From a virus (Duplodnaviria; Heunggongvirae; Uroviricota; Caudoviricetes), in the IMG/VR virus record IMGVR_UViG_2778261226_000007: DNA of 31,860 nt; one strand, given 5' to 3'. Numbering within the stretch: position 1 is the first letter of the stretch; the number at the start of each line of letters is the position of its first letter. The position numbers were made by a program, and so were the translations under genes. The notes under the pieces were generated by a model. The model saw nothing but the letters and a program-made list of their open reading frames with translations. It made no database searches and was not told the origin of the DNA. Positions 1 through 9,229 of this stretch are shown piece by piece.

Positions 1-408
1 GCGCCAGCGGCTGATCACCTCCTGCTCCGGATCGGCGTCACTGTTTCCGTTGACGAAGTTCACCGCATCCAGAAAACGGGCGTAAACCTTACGCCGGACC
101 ACCGTTCCGCCGACCAGACTCTGCAGGTCTTCCGCCATCCCGGTGACCATGCCGTGCAGATTAGAGACTTTCAGCGTTGGCCTTGCACTGGCTCCTTTGC
201 CGTTCATCTCAAATCCACTTCCCTGAATGGGATAGGCCTGATACTGCCGCCCCTGCCAGGTGACTGGTTCACCTTTTTCGTTCTGCTCATTGCAGAAAAA
301 GTAACGATCTCCGCCGACCTCTGTCAGATCAATTTCCCAGAGCACGACCAGCGCGGATTGCTCCGTTTTAGTGCACTCATTGAGTGTTTCCTGCTGTATA
401 TCCTGCAT
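1..408 (-). CDS. L: Minor tail protein L, N-terminal 136 codons; C-terminus lies beyond the left edge
   Basis: Not in the ORF track because it runs off the edge. My reverse translation from the ATG at 408 gives MQDIQQETLNECTKTEQSALVVLWEIDLTEVGGDRYFFCNEQNEKGEPVTWQGRQYQAYPIQGSGFEMNGKG..., which closely follows my memory of the lambda gpL N-terminus. The ATG overlaps the stop of the upstream gene (TGATG). Confidence 0.85.
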   Translation of the reverse strand, partial: MQDIQQETLNECTKTEQSALVVLWEIDLTEVGGDRYFFCNEQNEKGEPVTWQGRQYQAYPIQGSGFEMNGKGASARPTLKVSNLHGMVTGMAEDLQSLVGGTVVRRKVYARFLDAVNFVNGNSDADPEQEVISRWR

Positions 409-764
409 CAGTGAGTGACCTCTTCAAAGGTACAGTTAAAATCGGTATACATGGCATTATCCGAAATGCTCCACTCCCTGCAGACAACCCGGACAGTCCT
501 GTTGTGTTTTGGCGGGCGCCACAAAAAAGCACGAATCCCGGCATGACGGGATAAAAAACTGTCCAGCGCGGCACGGGAGTATTCATCTGTGACACGAAAT
601 ACCGGTTTAAACGTTTTCAGATCCGCATTCAGCCCACCAGCCCGTCGCTGTTCATATCCGTCACCAAACTTTACCGTAATAACTGATGGCTTTCGTGTCG
701 TCTCCATCCCCTCACGGGGGATCCAGTTAAAAACTTCAGGCTCAGGCACTGTATAATCCTCCAT
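408..764 (-). CDS. M: Minor tail protein, lambda M-like
   Basis: ORF 408..794. The motif VKFGDGYEQRRAGGLNADLKTF resembles lambda gpM (VRFGDGYSQRAPAGLNANLKTY). Position is between tape measure and L. The start was chosen at MEDYTV and is uncertain. Confidence 0.7.
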   Translation of the reverse strand: MEDYTVPEPEVFNWIPREGMETTRKPSVITVKFGDGYEQRRAGGLNADLKTFKPVFRVTDEYSRAALDSFLSRHAGIRAFLWRPPKHNRTVRVVCREWSISDNAMYTDFNCTFEEVTH

Positions 765-3700
765 CCCGACGCGATGACTGCATAATTGACACAACCCTGC
801 TGTCGATCAGATCCACCAGTCCCCTGGCTGAGCGCGTATCTATCTCGCCATTGCTCCCTTGATTCTGAATGCTAATGTGATACACGGGAGAATAAACAAA
901 TCCACCGCCACCATTCACATTGCCAATGGCTCTGACCCCAAGAGAGCCGTCCGCTGCCCGTGTCAGTGGCATGATAGCTTCAGGCCCGGCCTCGCCCATC
1001 AGCCCGGCACCTTTCGCAAAAGCAAAATACGTCGGTGTATCCACAATAGTGTTACTGTAAGCACTCAGATTTGCCGATGTGTAAACACCACCTTTTGCGT
1101 TTGCCACCGCCCCCGAAATCCATCCGCCGACCGTACCAAGCCACCCTCCGGCACCGGAGAGTGACTTCAGTCCGTTAACAATGGCCGCATTCATCAGAAT
1201 TTTTGAAACTTCCCGGAGAACTGAACTCCCCCAGTTCCTCCACTCCACAACATTCCCGGCCAGTGCATCGGAAATATTTGATACCAGCCCGTCCATCGTG
1301 GAAACAACAGCATCTGCCGCCTGTGAAGCATAATCGGTGGCACTGTCTGCCCAGTTGGTCAGTCCCTCCTGGAGTCCGGCATTCCAGTTATTACGTAAAG
1401 CATCGGCCTTTGCATAATAATCCTGCTGATCGCTGAGACGCTCTTCCAGATATTTTTTATTCAGTTCTTTCTCCTGTTTCCACAGGGCTTCTTCAATTTC
1501 TCCGGCCTGATACTGTCTCAGCAGCTCGTTATTTTTCTGCTCAAACTCATGCCGGATACTCCACATTTCCTGGAGTCGTTCACGCATCCGTGAGCCTTCA
1601 CCATATCCCAGCAACTGCGCGTCGTCAGATGCCCGGGCACTGGCATTACTGTCCGCCAGACTGCTTTCATACGCGGCAAGCTGCTCACGAATCTTTTTCT
1701 GGTCGATGAGTGCTGCATTCTGCAAAAGCGTTTTTTTCTGCGCTTCTGACAGGGTTGATAATTCGCCCTGACTGACCTGATATTTCATCTTAGCCAGTTC
1801 AGTATTCTGCCCTGCCAGTGCTATCTGTTCTTTTTGCTGTTTAATCAGCCGTTTATAAATATCTTCTGTTTTTTCCGCTTCGGTCTTTTTATGCGCTTTG
1901 GGTTTATTTGCCTGGTTATTTCGCCAGGCATCCAGTGAGTTATTGATATAATTCTGTCTGGCTGTCCGATACGCCTCTCCCACAAAGCCGAGATCATCCG
2001 CAGCATAGCCCAGTCGGGCACGCTCACGCGCTTCCCCCTTAAGGCGGGACAGAGCCAGTTCGCGCTTGCTGTTATTCAGTGCGGTCTGCTGTTTATCATC
2101 CAGAGTTGCCTGTGGTAGCCGTAACGGTACATTCACCAGCCCCTGTCGCTGCTGAAGTAATTCATTACCAAGCCCGAGAAGGCGATTAAACTCGGTATGC
2201 TTCCCATTCATGATCAACAGGGACTGATACGCTTTGTTTTGTTCCGCTGCCTGTTGACGGATCAACGCCACTCGTCGCTCCTCCAGCCCGGCAAGCACAT
2301 CCTGAATGGATTGCGCTTTGCCCTGCATTTGTGTGAGACGGGACTGTTCAACTGCCAGTTGATTTGTTGCTTCTGCAAGCCCTTTAAGGATGATTTCAGC
2401 ACCAGAACCACTCTGCGAACTTTCATCAAGCCAACGTTGATAATCAGCAATTTGATTTTTCAGTCCGCGAATTTTTCCTTCCTGTTCGTTAATCAGGCGA
2501 TTTTGTTCCTCCAGTGCCTGCCGCGTCTTTTCCTCATTATCTGACGCTTCAGGAAGCGACATTGCCGACGTTTTCTGACGAATTTCGTCGATTGTTGCGG
2601 CATACTGGCGTGCAGATTCTCTGGCCTGCTCCTGATTCTGATACATCGTGTACCAGGCCGTCGCCCCCAGCATGACGAGTCCCGGCACACCACCAACCAG
2701 CCCCAGCGCACCACTTAATAAACGACTCCCCACTGACGTGACAGTATTCAGCGTTGTCTGTGCTGCTGTTCTGGCCGCAATATTACGGGTAAGTGATGCC
2801 TGGGCAGCAGCCAGTTTCGCTTCTGCGGCTGCCTGTCTTTCAGTACCACGGGTAGCCGCGACCGCCTGTTGCGCACGATAAACCGCCGCACGCGCCCTGG
2901 CGGTTGCTATCTGCGTCCCCCGGAGCTGCGCTTCCGCAAGAGCTACTTCGTTTCTGGCTGCAGTAATTAATCCGGCAGTTGCAGATCCAGCAGAAGATGC
3001 CATATTGCCAAAATATCGGGCTACCCCGACGGCAACCAGAGCACCGGCAGCGGTTGCCACAGTGTCAATATTGCCTGCAATACCATTCAGCACACCGGAG
3101 AGCGTCTTCGTCACTCCGCTTGCTTCGTTCGCACCACCAACCCAGGCCATAAAGGCGTTTTCAACTTTGGTTGCAGAGGATGAAACCGTATCAGGCATTG
3201 CTGCATATTCATCACGCAACGCCCCAAGCTGACTAATCAGTGCAGGAACAACCTTATCGGCGGTCAACTTTCCGTTATCCGCCATGGCCTTCAGATCCTT
3301 ACGGGCAACACCCATTCCCGCAGCCAGCGCACGAATAACACGATCGCCGTTCTCATTCACAGAGTTAAATTCTTCACCGCGCAGCACTCCCTGCGCCAGT
3401 GCCTGACTGAACTGCGTGATCACCGAACTGGCTTCTGCTGCACTGGCACCGGATAATTTCAGGCCCGTGGAGATAGCCTCGGTGACTTTCAGTACCTCCT
3501 CAGAACTGTAGCCATACTCCCGCATGGAAGCTGCAGAGCGGGCAAAAAGGCTGGCGTTATCAGAAAACGCCGTTCCCGTTCTCTGGCTGATTGCCATTAA
3601 TTCACGTTGTGATACCTGAAAATCATCAGTGGACTGTGAGGCCTGCTTCAGACGGGCATTTACTGAATTCCACTCATCGGCGAGAGAAATAAGATGACCG

Positions 3701-3942
3701 GTAGCAAAAGCCCCGGCAAATGCCCCCGCCATATTCAGTGCCGAAGATTTAGCTGTATTTATCTGATCCGTCACTTCTGCCAGTGCACGCCGCATTTCAC
3801 GGGATGCAGCAGCGGACTGCCGGCCTCCGTTCTGCATGGTACGGTAGTAATCCTGCCCCATACGCGAAGCCCGGGAGATCTCTGACTGGAATGACCGGGA
3901 ATTTGCCGAGATTTTAATAATCAGCTCACGTAATGTCGCCAT
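742..3942 (-). CDS. Tail tape measure protein
   Basis: 1066-aa Ala/Gln-rich coiled-coil protein with central hydrophobic Gly/Ala stretches, located after the G/T chaperones as in lambda H. Confidence 0.9.
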   Translation of the reverse strand: MATLRELIIKISANSRSFQSEISRASRMGQDYYRTMQNGGRQSAAASREMRRALAEVTDQINTAKSSALNMAGAFAGAFATGHLISLADEWNSVNARLKQASQSTDDFQVSQRELMAISQRTGTAFSDNASLFARSAASMREYGYSSEEVLKVTEAISTGLKLSGASAAEASSVITQFSQALAQGVLRGEEFNSVNENGDRVIRALAAGMGVARKDLKAMADNGKLTADKVVPALISQLGALRDEYAAMPDTVSSSATKVENAFMAWVGGANEASGVTKTLSGVLNGIAGNIDTVATAAGALVAVGVARYFGNMASSAGSATAGLITAARNEVALAEAQLRGTQIATARARAAVYRAQQAVAATRGTERQAAAEAKLAAAQASLTRNIAARTAAQTTLNTVTSVGSRLLSGALGLVGGVPGLVMLGATAWYTMYQNQEQARESARQYAATIDEIRQKTSAMSLPEASDNEEKTRQALEEQNRLINEQEGKIRGLKNQIADYQRWLDESSQSGSGAEIILKGLAEATNQLAVEQSRLTQMQGKAQSIQDVLAGLEERRVALIRQQAAEQNKAYQSLLIMNGKHTEFNRLLGLGNELLQQRQGLVNVPLRLPQATLDDKQQTALNNSKRELALSRLKGEARERARLGYAADDLGFVGEAYRTARQNYINNSLDAWRNNQANKPKAHKKTEAEKTEDIYKRLIKQQKEQIALAGQNTELAKMKYQVSQGELSTLSEAQKKTLLQNAALIDQKKIREQLAAYESSLADSNASARASDDAQLLGYGEGSRMRERLQEMWSIRHEFEQKNNELLRQYQAGEIEEALWKQEKELNKKYLEERLSDQQDYYAKADALRNNWNAGLQEGLTNWADSATDYASQAADAVVSTMDGLVSNISDALAGNVVEWRNWGSSVLREVSKILMNAAIVNGLKSLSGAGGWLGTVGGWISGAVANAKGGVYTSANLSAYSNTIVDTPTYFAFAKGAGLMGEAGPEAIMPLTRAADGSLGVRAIGNVNGGGGFVYSPVYHISIQNQGSNGEIDTRSARGLVDLIDSRVVSIMQSSRRDGGLYSA

Positions 3943-3955
3943 TTACTTTACCCCA

Positions 3956-3981
3956 TAAAAAAACCGCTTCTGCGGTTTTTT
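3956..3981 (-). terminator. Intrinsic terminator, bidirectional in shape
   Basis: Stem AACCGC, loop TTCT, stem GCGGTT, flanked by an A-run and a T-run. On the minus strand the hairpin is followed by T7, directly after the lipoprotein moron. Confidence 0.6.
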
Positions 3982-3991
3982 AAGATGATAA

Positions 3992-4333
3992 TTATTGGCA
4001 AAACAACTTATATTTTTCCATACTGCTTGGATCATGATCATTAACAATTGTTACAGTCCCATGACTCTTAACTTTTCCATCCACAACTTCCAAATAAACA
4101 AAATATGGCTTTTTCCCTGTATATCCACCAAACGTGTTTTTTGAATTAACATCACCACAAACATAACCATATAAATCACCTGACTTATGAAAAAAAGAAT
4201 TAAATTTTGCACTATCAGGATCAATAAGCTTATCTTTAACTAAGTTTTCCCCTAAAGAAATAACATAATTATCTGATGGCTTACATGCACTAATAAAAAA
4301 CAAACAAGCTAATGTCACCACTGATTTTCTCAT
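3992..4333 (-). CDS. Small secreted lipoprotein (moron), function unknown
   Basis: Start at MRKSVVTLACLFFISAC with lipobox ISAC and Lys at +2. AGGAGG lies 7 nt upstream. The segment is visibly AT-rich and inserted between the T and tape measure genes, with its own terminator. Confidence 0.7.
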   Translation of the reverse strand: MRKSVVTLACLFFISACKPSDNYVISLGENLVKDKLIDPDSAKFNSFFHKSGDLYGYVCGDVNSKNTFGGYTGKKPYFVYLEVVDGKVKSHGTVTIVNDHDPSSMEKYKLFCQ

Positions 4334-4391
4334 GATTAATCCTCCTGACTTTGAGTAAAGCATTCAATTTCAAAACGATTAAAAAATTATC

Positions 4392-4682
4392 TTATAGTGA
4401 AGACATTAGAGCAACCTCTAATCCAATAAATGGATCATCGCATTTATTTTCTTCTGATTCATGCTCCCACTGAAGAAGCGCATCATTCAGTGGTACTTTG
4501 ACACCCTGCGCACCGTAAACAGCTGAAACAATCTGGGCAGCCCGGATATCAGCCCGTTCGTCCCCCAGCGGGCTGAACCTGTCAAATTCTGCCCACATCA
4601 TGATTTCTGATGCGGACATTTCCCGGCGTAACTCTGACAATGTGCGCCCCATCCTGAGTGCCAGCATCATCAGAAAACGCAT
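4392..4682 (-). CDS. Tail assembly chaperone, T-like part, probably made only as a G-T fusion by -1 frameshift
   Basis: This frame is open from 4703 downward and is the -1 frame relative to the G-like ORF. Position matches lambda T. Confidence 0.7.
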   Translation of the reverse strand: MRFLMMLALRMGRTLSELRREMSASEIMMWAEFDRFSPLGDERADIRAAQIVSAVYGAQGVKVPLNDALLQWEHESEENKCDDPFIGLEVALMSSL

Positions 4683-4693
4683 CCCCGGAAGCG

Positions 4694-5080
4694 CTACTTT
4701 TTTTTAACCTCGCCGGCATCACTGATCAGTTCCAGAGACTGCCGAAGAAGCCGCGCATGCACCGGGCCATACACGGCAATCACCTGTTCACGATCATCCT
4801 CTGAAAATACAGGTTGCAGTCCGGTATCACACAGAACATCAATGAACAGTTCAACATCTGCCTCCAGATTTCGGCGGGCGCGCTCCGCAACGGATAACGG
4901 TGTCTCATCATCTTTTGCTTTAACGATCTCCTGCCAGCGCAACCAGGCTTCTGCAGAAGGTTCCCGTAATACAACCGTTGCCCCTTCCCATTCAGGCACA
5001 TCAACAGTTTTATGGCGAAACCCCGACATCGTTGCCAGAGCCAGATTACGGATATTTTTAGTCATCACACCCATCCTCAT
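4694..5080 (-). CDS. Tail assembly chaperone, G-like
   Basis: 128-aa acidic protein between the major tail protein and the tape measure. It ends in a slippery A-run. Its ATG overlaps the stop of the tail tube gene (TAATG). Confidence 0.75.
   Translation of the reverse strand: MRMGVMTKNIRNLALATMSGFRHKTVDVPEWEGATVVLREPSAEAWLRWQEIVKAKDDETPLSVAERARRNLEADVELFIDVLCDTGLQPVFSEDDREQVIAVYGPVHARLLRQSLELISDAGEVKKK
4697..4705 (-). other. Programmed -1 ribosomal frameshift slippery run
   Basis: Minus strand reads GTT AAA AAA AAG TAG at the end of the G-like ORF. Slipping -1 on the A-run continues as K-V-A-L-P-G-M-R-F-L... into ORF 4392..4682. Confidence 0.7.
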
Positions 5081-5784
5081 TAACTGACGGTTACAGTGCA
5101 GGAAGTGGAGGTCACTTTGTTAACCGGGCTTGCTGAATCAGAAATCTCGCAGGTATATGCGCCCGCATCACCGGATACTGCCAATGCCTTACTGAACGTT
5201 GCCGCCGTCTGTCCGGAAACAGGAGAACTACCTTTCTTCCAGACATAAGAATAAGGCGGCACACCACCGGCAGCCTCAACCACCATTTCGAGTTTCGCTC
5301 CGGCAGAAACCTGCAGCGTGCTGTTTAAATCGACCTTCACTTTCAGCGGCTCTGTCGTCAGCACAGGTTTACCTTTCAGGCGCAGGGAAAACGTTGCAGC
5401 CACAACACCATTGGTTCCTGCAGACCAGGTATGCTGACGCACCTCTGCCATAAAGGTAAATCCGTTTCCTGACGGAAAAATAACTTTAAAGCCATACGTG
5501 GTGTCATTGTCATAGGCACTGCGCAACGCGTTCTGGGCAGCATTGAGGTAAAAGTTGCCTGACATGGAAATCTCTGACGCGGCACCAAGACCGTTAATAT
5601 TTTCCTGCTCAACAGAACACAGCGTGGTGACATCAATATCCTGCTTTTGTCCTGCGGTAAACTGCACCTCTTTGATTGTACAGCTCAGGCCAAGATAGCT
5701 GGCAGAATCCAGGGTTTCTGCTGTTACCGGTGCAGACGAAATCATAATTTTCGTCAGTTGCGAACGCTCAAAATTAGAGGACAT
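5080..5784 (-). CDS. Major tail (tube) protein with C-terminal Ig-like domain
   Basis: Position is equivalent to lambda V. The C-terminal ~90 aa (PPYSYVWKKGSSPVSG...GAYTCEISDSASP) has an Ig-fold-like pattern. Confidence 0.8.
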   Translation of the reverse strand: MSSNFERSQLTKIMISSAPVTAETLDSASYLGLSCTIKEVQFTAGQKQDIDVTTLCSVEQENINGLGAASEISMSGNFYLNAAQNALRSAYDNDTTYGFKVIFPSGNGFTFMAEVRQHTWSAGTNGVVAATFSLRLKGKPVLTTEPLKVKVDLNSTLQVSAGAKLEMVVEAAGGVPPYSYVWKKGSSPVSGQTAATFSKALAVSGDAGAYTCEISDSASPVNKVTSTSCTVTVS

Positions 5785-5801
5785 ACTCGTCTCCTGAAAA
5801 T

Positions 5802-5824
5802 AAAAAAACCCGCCAGCGGCGGGT
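5802..5824 (-). terminator. Intrinsic terminator upstream of the tail tube gene
   Basis: Minus strand: ACCCGCC, loop GCT, GGCGGGT, followed by T7. Confidence 0.6.
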
Positions 5825-5844
5825 GGGTAAAATCATTAACGACC

Positions 5845-6189
5845 TCAGGCTATTACCTGAAATTCAAGCGTGGCTCTGCTCAGACGGGAATCAGGATCAT
5901 AACCCTGAGTTTTAGAAATAACGGAGGGTGCAAGTTGCCTTACCGCATCAAGCGCCTGCTCACGGATATCATCTGCGTCATCAGGTACTGTTGCCCAGAC
6001 ATCGATCTGCACGGTAATTCTGGATTCAGCCTGACCATCAAGCACATCAGACGCCGTGTCAGACACCACAGAAAACACCAGCCACGGCGGAGATACCGCA
6101 GGCTTTCCCTCCGTCAGCGGGACCACATAAGGATAAACCTGTCCTCCGGCCAACTGAGACAGCAGGGAATACAGTGTGGCTTCCCTCAT
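5845..6189 (-). CDS. Tail completion / tail terminator-like protein (DUF3168-like)
   Basis: 114 aa, located between the gp10-like and tail tube genes. Family assignment is from memory of the sequence pattern. Confidence 0.55.
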   Translation of the reverse strand: MREATLYSLLSQLAGGQVYPYVVPLTEGKPAVSPPWLVFSVVSDTASDVLDGQAESRITVQIDVWATVPDDADDIREQALDAVRQLAPSVISKTQGYDPDSRLSRATLEFQVIA

Positions 6190-6635
6190 TTACTTAAGAC
6201 CTCATCAATAGCCTGATTCATTCGCTGTATGGCAACCTGCGCCACCAGCTCCTCTGTCGTATCGAAAGCCGGGCGAATGAATGGATGCGCGGGCATGTTT
6301 ATCGTTCCCAGCTCCACAAAGCGCCAGTAAAACGCATTTCGGGGATCGCTGGCTTTCATGCTGTTATCACTGTTTCCGGTTCGCAGGTTCCGTCCGCGAA
6401 TGTGGACACCCGAGATAATTTCCCCCCGACGCTTTGAACGCTGCGTGAGAACAACCACATTTTTCTTCAGTTTCCCGGTTCGCTCCGGCGCACGTTCAAC
6501 AACTGCATCCCGCATAATTTCAGCACCGGCACGGGTGGCATCGCGCAGAACCTTATTGTTTTCTGCCCTGCTGAGCGTCTCCAGATCCCGTGCAATATCC
6601 GCCAGGCCGGAAAAATCAAGACTGAAATCCATCAC
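6186..6635 (-). CDS. HK97 gp10-family head-tail joining protein
   Basis: N-terminus ...DLETLSRAENNKVLRDATRAGAEIMRDAVVERAPERTGKLKKN is typical of the family. ATGA overlaps on both sides. Confidence 0.7.
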   Translation of the reverse strand: MMDFSLDFSGLADIARDLETLSRAENNKVLRDATRAGAEIMRDAVVERAPERTGKLKKNVVVLTQRSKRRGEIISGVHIRGRNLRTGNSDNSMKASDPRNAFYWRFVELGTINMPAHPFIRPAFDTTEELVAQVAIQRMNQAIDEVLSK

Positions 6636-6970
6636 ACATTCCCCTTCAGGCTGCAGAGTATTTCAAGCCGGGTGGTGCGTGCATCCGGTATTGGTGGCCC
6701 TTCTATACCAAGAATGGCTCCTTTGAATGCACCGGTCAGCACTTTCAGACGTGAAGCTGCCGTCACATCGCGTCGGAATCTCATCCAGACTCTGACCGTA
6801 GCCTGAGCGGTTTCTGCACCTCCTGATATTCTCTCCCTCCCGCTGATACCCTTAACTTCTGCCCATACGGTAGCTCCCTCCGTCACCGTCTCCACCGGAT
6901 GCCCTGACGGAGAGCGGGCGGTGGTGACATTCAGAATAGTTACGCGATCACGTAATCTGCCCGCCTGCAT
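6632..6970 (-). CDS. Head closure / head-tail adaptor protein
   Basis: MQAGRLRDRVTI...VWAEVKGISGRE...TVRVWMRFRRDV matches the head-tail joining family pattern. Gene order supports it. Confidence 0.7.
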   Translation of the reverse strand: MQAGRLRDRVTILNVTTARSPSGHPVETVTEGATVWAEVKGISGRERISGGAETAQATVRVWMRFRRDVTAASRLKVLTGAFKGAILGIEGPPIPDARTTRLEILCSLKGNV

Positions 6971-6978
6971 GGTTCCTC

Positions 6979-7296
6979 CTACAAAGGAATAAAACGATAA
7001 GGCTCCAGCAGAGAAGAAAAACCAAACGGGACTGGTGCCTTGCTGACATCTGAGGAATTTTCCCGGTTTTCGTACCAGTGTCCGACCAGCAACATGAGCG
7101 CCAACAAAACATCATCAGCTATAAGCACCCCTTCAGGATCACCTTCCGGCACCATCTCCTCATAAAGCTTACGGTTGATAAAATTTTCTGCCTTGCGGCA
7201 GGCAGCCCGGAAATACAGCATCAGTAACTCATCATCAGTTGCATCATCTGTATCAATACGGCACTGCGCCCTGAGTTTTTCCACTATTGCTGCCAT
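6979..7296 (-). CDS. Head-tail connector (gp6-like) protein
   Basis: Start at MAAIVEKLRAQCRIDTDD... with CAGGAG 6 nt upstream. Lies immediately downstream of the capsid gene. Confidence 0.6.
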   Translation of the reverse strand: MAAIVEKLRAQCRIDTDDATDDELLMLYFRAACRKAENFINRKLYEEMVPEGDPEGVLIADDVLLALMLLVGHWYENRENSSDVSKAPVPFGFSSLLEPYRFIPL

Positions 7297-7340
7297 CAGA
7301 AACTCCTGCCCGCAACACTGTGCGGGCATAAAAAACTGCA

Positions 7341-8564
7341 TTACGCAGCGGCTTTCTGGCGGGTTGCAGCACCGATCTTCATCAGCTTAATCGCCTGAGA
7401 ATCCACCAGCATACCGCCGGTTCGTTTGGTTGTATAAAAGCCCACAAACGGTTTGTTGGTGTAAGGATCGCGCAGGATGCGGGTGCCGATACGATCAACG
7501 ATGGTATAGCCGCGTTTGAAGTTACCAAACGCAATAGCTTTTGCATCGGCAGCAATATCCGGCATCTGCTCATTCTCAACGATGCCATACCCCGCCAGTG
7601 AAGAAGGCTGACCCAGCTCAATGCCCGGACGCCACAGATAATTTCCGTCGTTATCCTTCAGCAGGCGAATGGCAAACAGGCTGCTGTTATTCATCATGAA
7701 CTTCGCGCCGCTGCGATGCGCCTTGCGCAGGGTGTAAATCAGTTTAATGATCGCATCGGCAGTCACGCCAGAAGCCGCACCGGAAGCGATGTGCTGAAGT
7801 TTGCCAAACGCACGGGTCTTGTCATCTTCATCGGTGGACTCATAAGCCAGAAAACCTTTTGGTTTTTTGCTGCCGTCGCCACTGGTAAAGGCAATTTCTT
7901 CCTGTTCGGCAAATTCCAGCGCCAGCTCACTGTTGATCCAGTCTTCCACATTGAAGAAAGCGTCATCGAGCATTTTCTGGGTGGCCTGCGGGTTGCCGTA
8001 GATTTCCCCCATAAAGGGTTCAATCAGCCCCAGTTTTGAGGTGGCGGTTTCCGGACGTGCATCCGTTTCCCCCACCCATCCGGACGTTGTGCCGCCCAGA
8101 TTCACCAGTTTTTTATAATCCGAGCCCCCGAGGGTGATCACAGTGGCTTCCTGGCGCATCACCACCTCATCTTTCAGTAGCGTCAGAATGGTGCGATCCA
8201 GTTCTTCCGGAATGGCATAACCGCCATCTTCATCATTGCCCACCTGCAGCGCCTTACGCTCCAGCTCACGCAGGCCGTCTTCACGCCCCTTGCGCATAAA
8301 TCCGATAAACGCTTCTTTGTGTTCACTGGCAACTTTATTTTGCGTGCCGCCTGCCGGACGCTTGATGTCTGCCAGCTCTTTTTCCAGGTCGCTTTTCAGG
8401 TTCTCCAGCTCGCTGATTTGCCCGTTCAGGCTTTCCACCTGTTCGGCCAGCTTGCCTTTTTCCTGTTCGATCGCGTCAATGCGCTTGTCGTTTTTTGCCT
8501 TAAAATCGTCAAACTTCTGCTGCAGCTCCTGCGCGACCTGCTCCACATCTTTAATGTCAGCCAT
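7341..8564 (-). CDS. Major capsid protein, HK97 family, with N-terminal delta/scaffold domain
   Basis: 407 aa. Has an N-terminal ~100-aa coiled coil followed by an HK97-fold-like body. Follows the prohead protease. Confidence 0.9.
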   Translation of the reverse strand: MADIKDVEQVAQELQQKFDDFKAKNDKRIDAIEQEKGKLAEQVESLNGQISELENLKSDLEKELADIKRPAGGTQNKVASEHKEAFIGFMRKGREDGLRELERKALQVGNDEDGGYAIPEELDRTILTLLKDEVVMRQEATVITLGGSDYKKLVNLGGTTSGWVGETDARPETATSKLGLIEPFMGEIYGNPQATQKMLDDAFFNVEDWINSELALEFAEQEEIAFTSGDGSKKPKGFLAYESTDEDDKTRAFGKLQHIASGAASGVTADAIIKLIYTLRKAHRSGAKFMMNNSSLFAIRLLKDNDGNYLWRPGIELGQPSSLAGYGIVENEQMPDIAADAKAIAFGNFKRGYTIVDRIGTRILRDPYTNKPFVGFYTTKRTGGMLVDSQAIKLMKIGAATRQKAAA

Positions 8565-8578
8565 TATTTTTCTCCTGG

Positions 8579-9229
8579 TTAAAATTTAAGATTTTTCAGT
8601 GCATTCAGTGCGGCATCCACATCCTCAGCATCACGCAGGGATAAAGCGCCATATCCCCCGGCCATGAATGCTTTGGCCTGGGTTCGCGAGAGTCCAACAT
8701 CGCGCAGGACTCGCTCAATAATTTTCTGATCAGGGATCTCCCCACGCGCCAGCGCATTTTTCACATCGCTGATGCGTGCCTCATCATTGGAAGGAAACGT
8801 CACCAGACTGACCTCCCACAAGTCGATCTCTTTCAGCAGGAATACCCCTTTTTCACGGTCGTACTCCCAGTCTTTCAGGATGTAGCCAATAGAAAGGCCG
8901 GTTAAAGAACCGGCCTTCATATGGGCATGTGCACGTTTTGCCAGGGGATCATCATCAACGAGTAATCGCCCCCTGACATAAAGCCCGACATCATCTTCTT
9001 TCATTTCGGTGTACACACCGATGGGCTCATCCATGCGGTGCTGCCAGAGCAACGCAGGCAGCGCCTTTTTTTCGCTCCATTTCTGGAGTGTTGTGGTAAA
9101 GGCACCGGGGACCACCACATCATCGTGGCTGTCCTTAACACCAAAAACAGAACCGTAACCTTCAAATTCCCCGGAATCACTGACGGATTTCAGGTTCAGC
9201 GGTATATCAAGACGCTGTTTTGTCTGCAT
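8579..9229 (-). CDS. Prohead maturation protease, HK97 family
   Basis: EFEGYGSVFGVKDSHDDVVVPGAF is a typical family motif. Start chosen at MQTKQ with GGAGAGTGGAG directly upstream; the ORF extends to 9259. Confidence 0.85.
   Translation of the reverse strand: MQTKQRLDIPLNLKSVSDSGEFEGYGSVFGVKDSHDDVVVPGAFTTTLQKWSEKKALPALLWQHRMDEPIGVYTEMKEDDVGLYVRGRLLVDDDPLAKRAHAHMKAGSLTGLSIGYILKDWEYDREKGVFLLKEIDLWEVSLVTFPSNDEARISDVKNALARGEIPDQKIIERVLRDVGLSRTQAKAFMAGGYGALSLRDAEDVDAALNALKNLKF

Noticed and set aside
154-414. 86-aa plus-strand ORF at the left edge
   Set aside because: It lies antisense to a minus-strand reading frame that translates into a clear lambda L-like N-terminus.
5647-6216. 189-aa plus-strand ORF, and similar long antisense ORFs (e.g. 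11059..11661, 9951..10367, 2197..2544, 7716..8039)
   Set aside because: These are shadow ORFs opposite well-supported minus-strand structural genes. They have Arg/Ser/Cys-rich low-plausibility composition and no RBS context.
7308-7327. GCCCGCA/TGCGGGC hairpin between the capsid and connector genes as a terminator
   Set aside because: On the transcribed minus strand the T-run precedes the hairpin rather than following it. It is more likely an mRNA-stabilising or processing hairpin.
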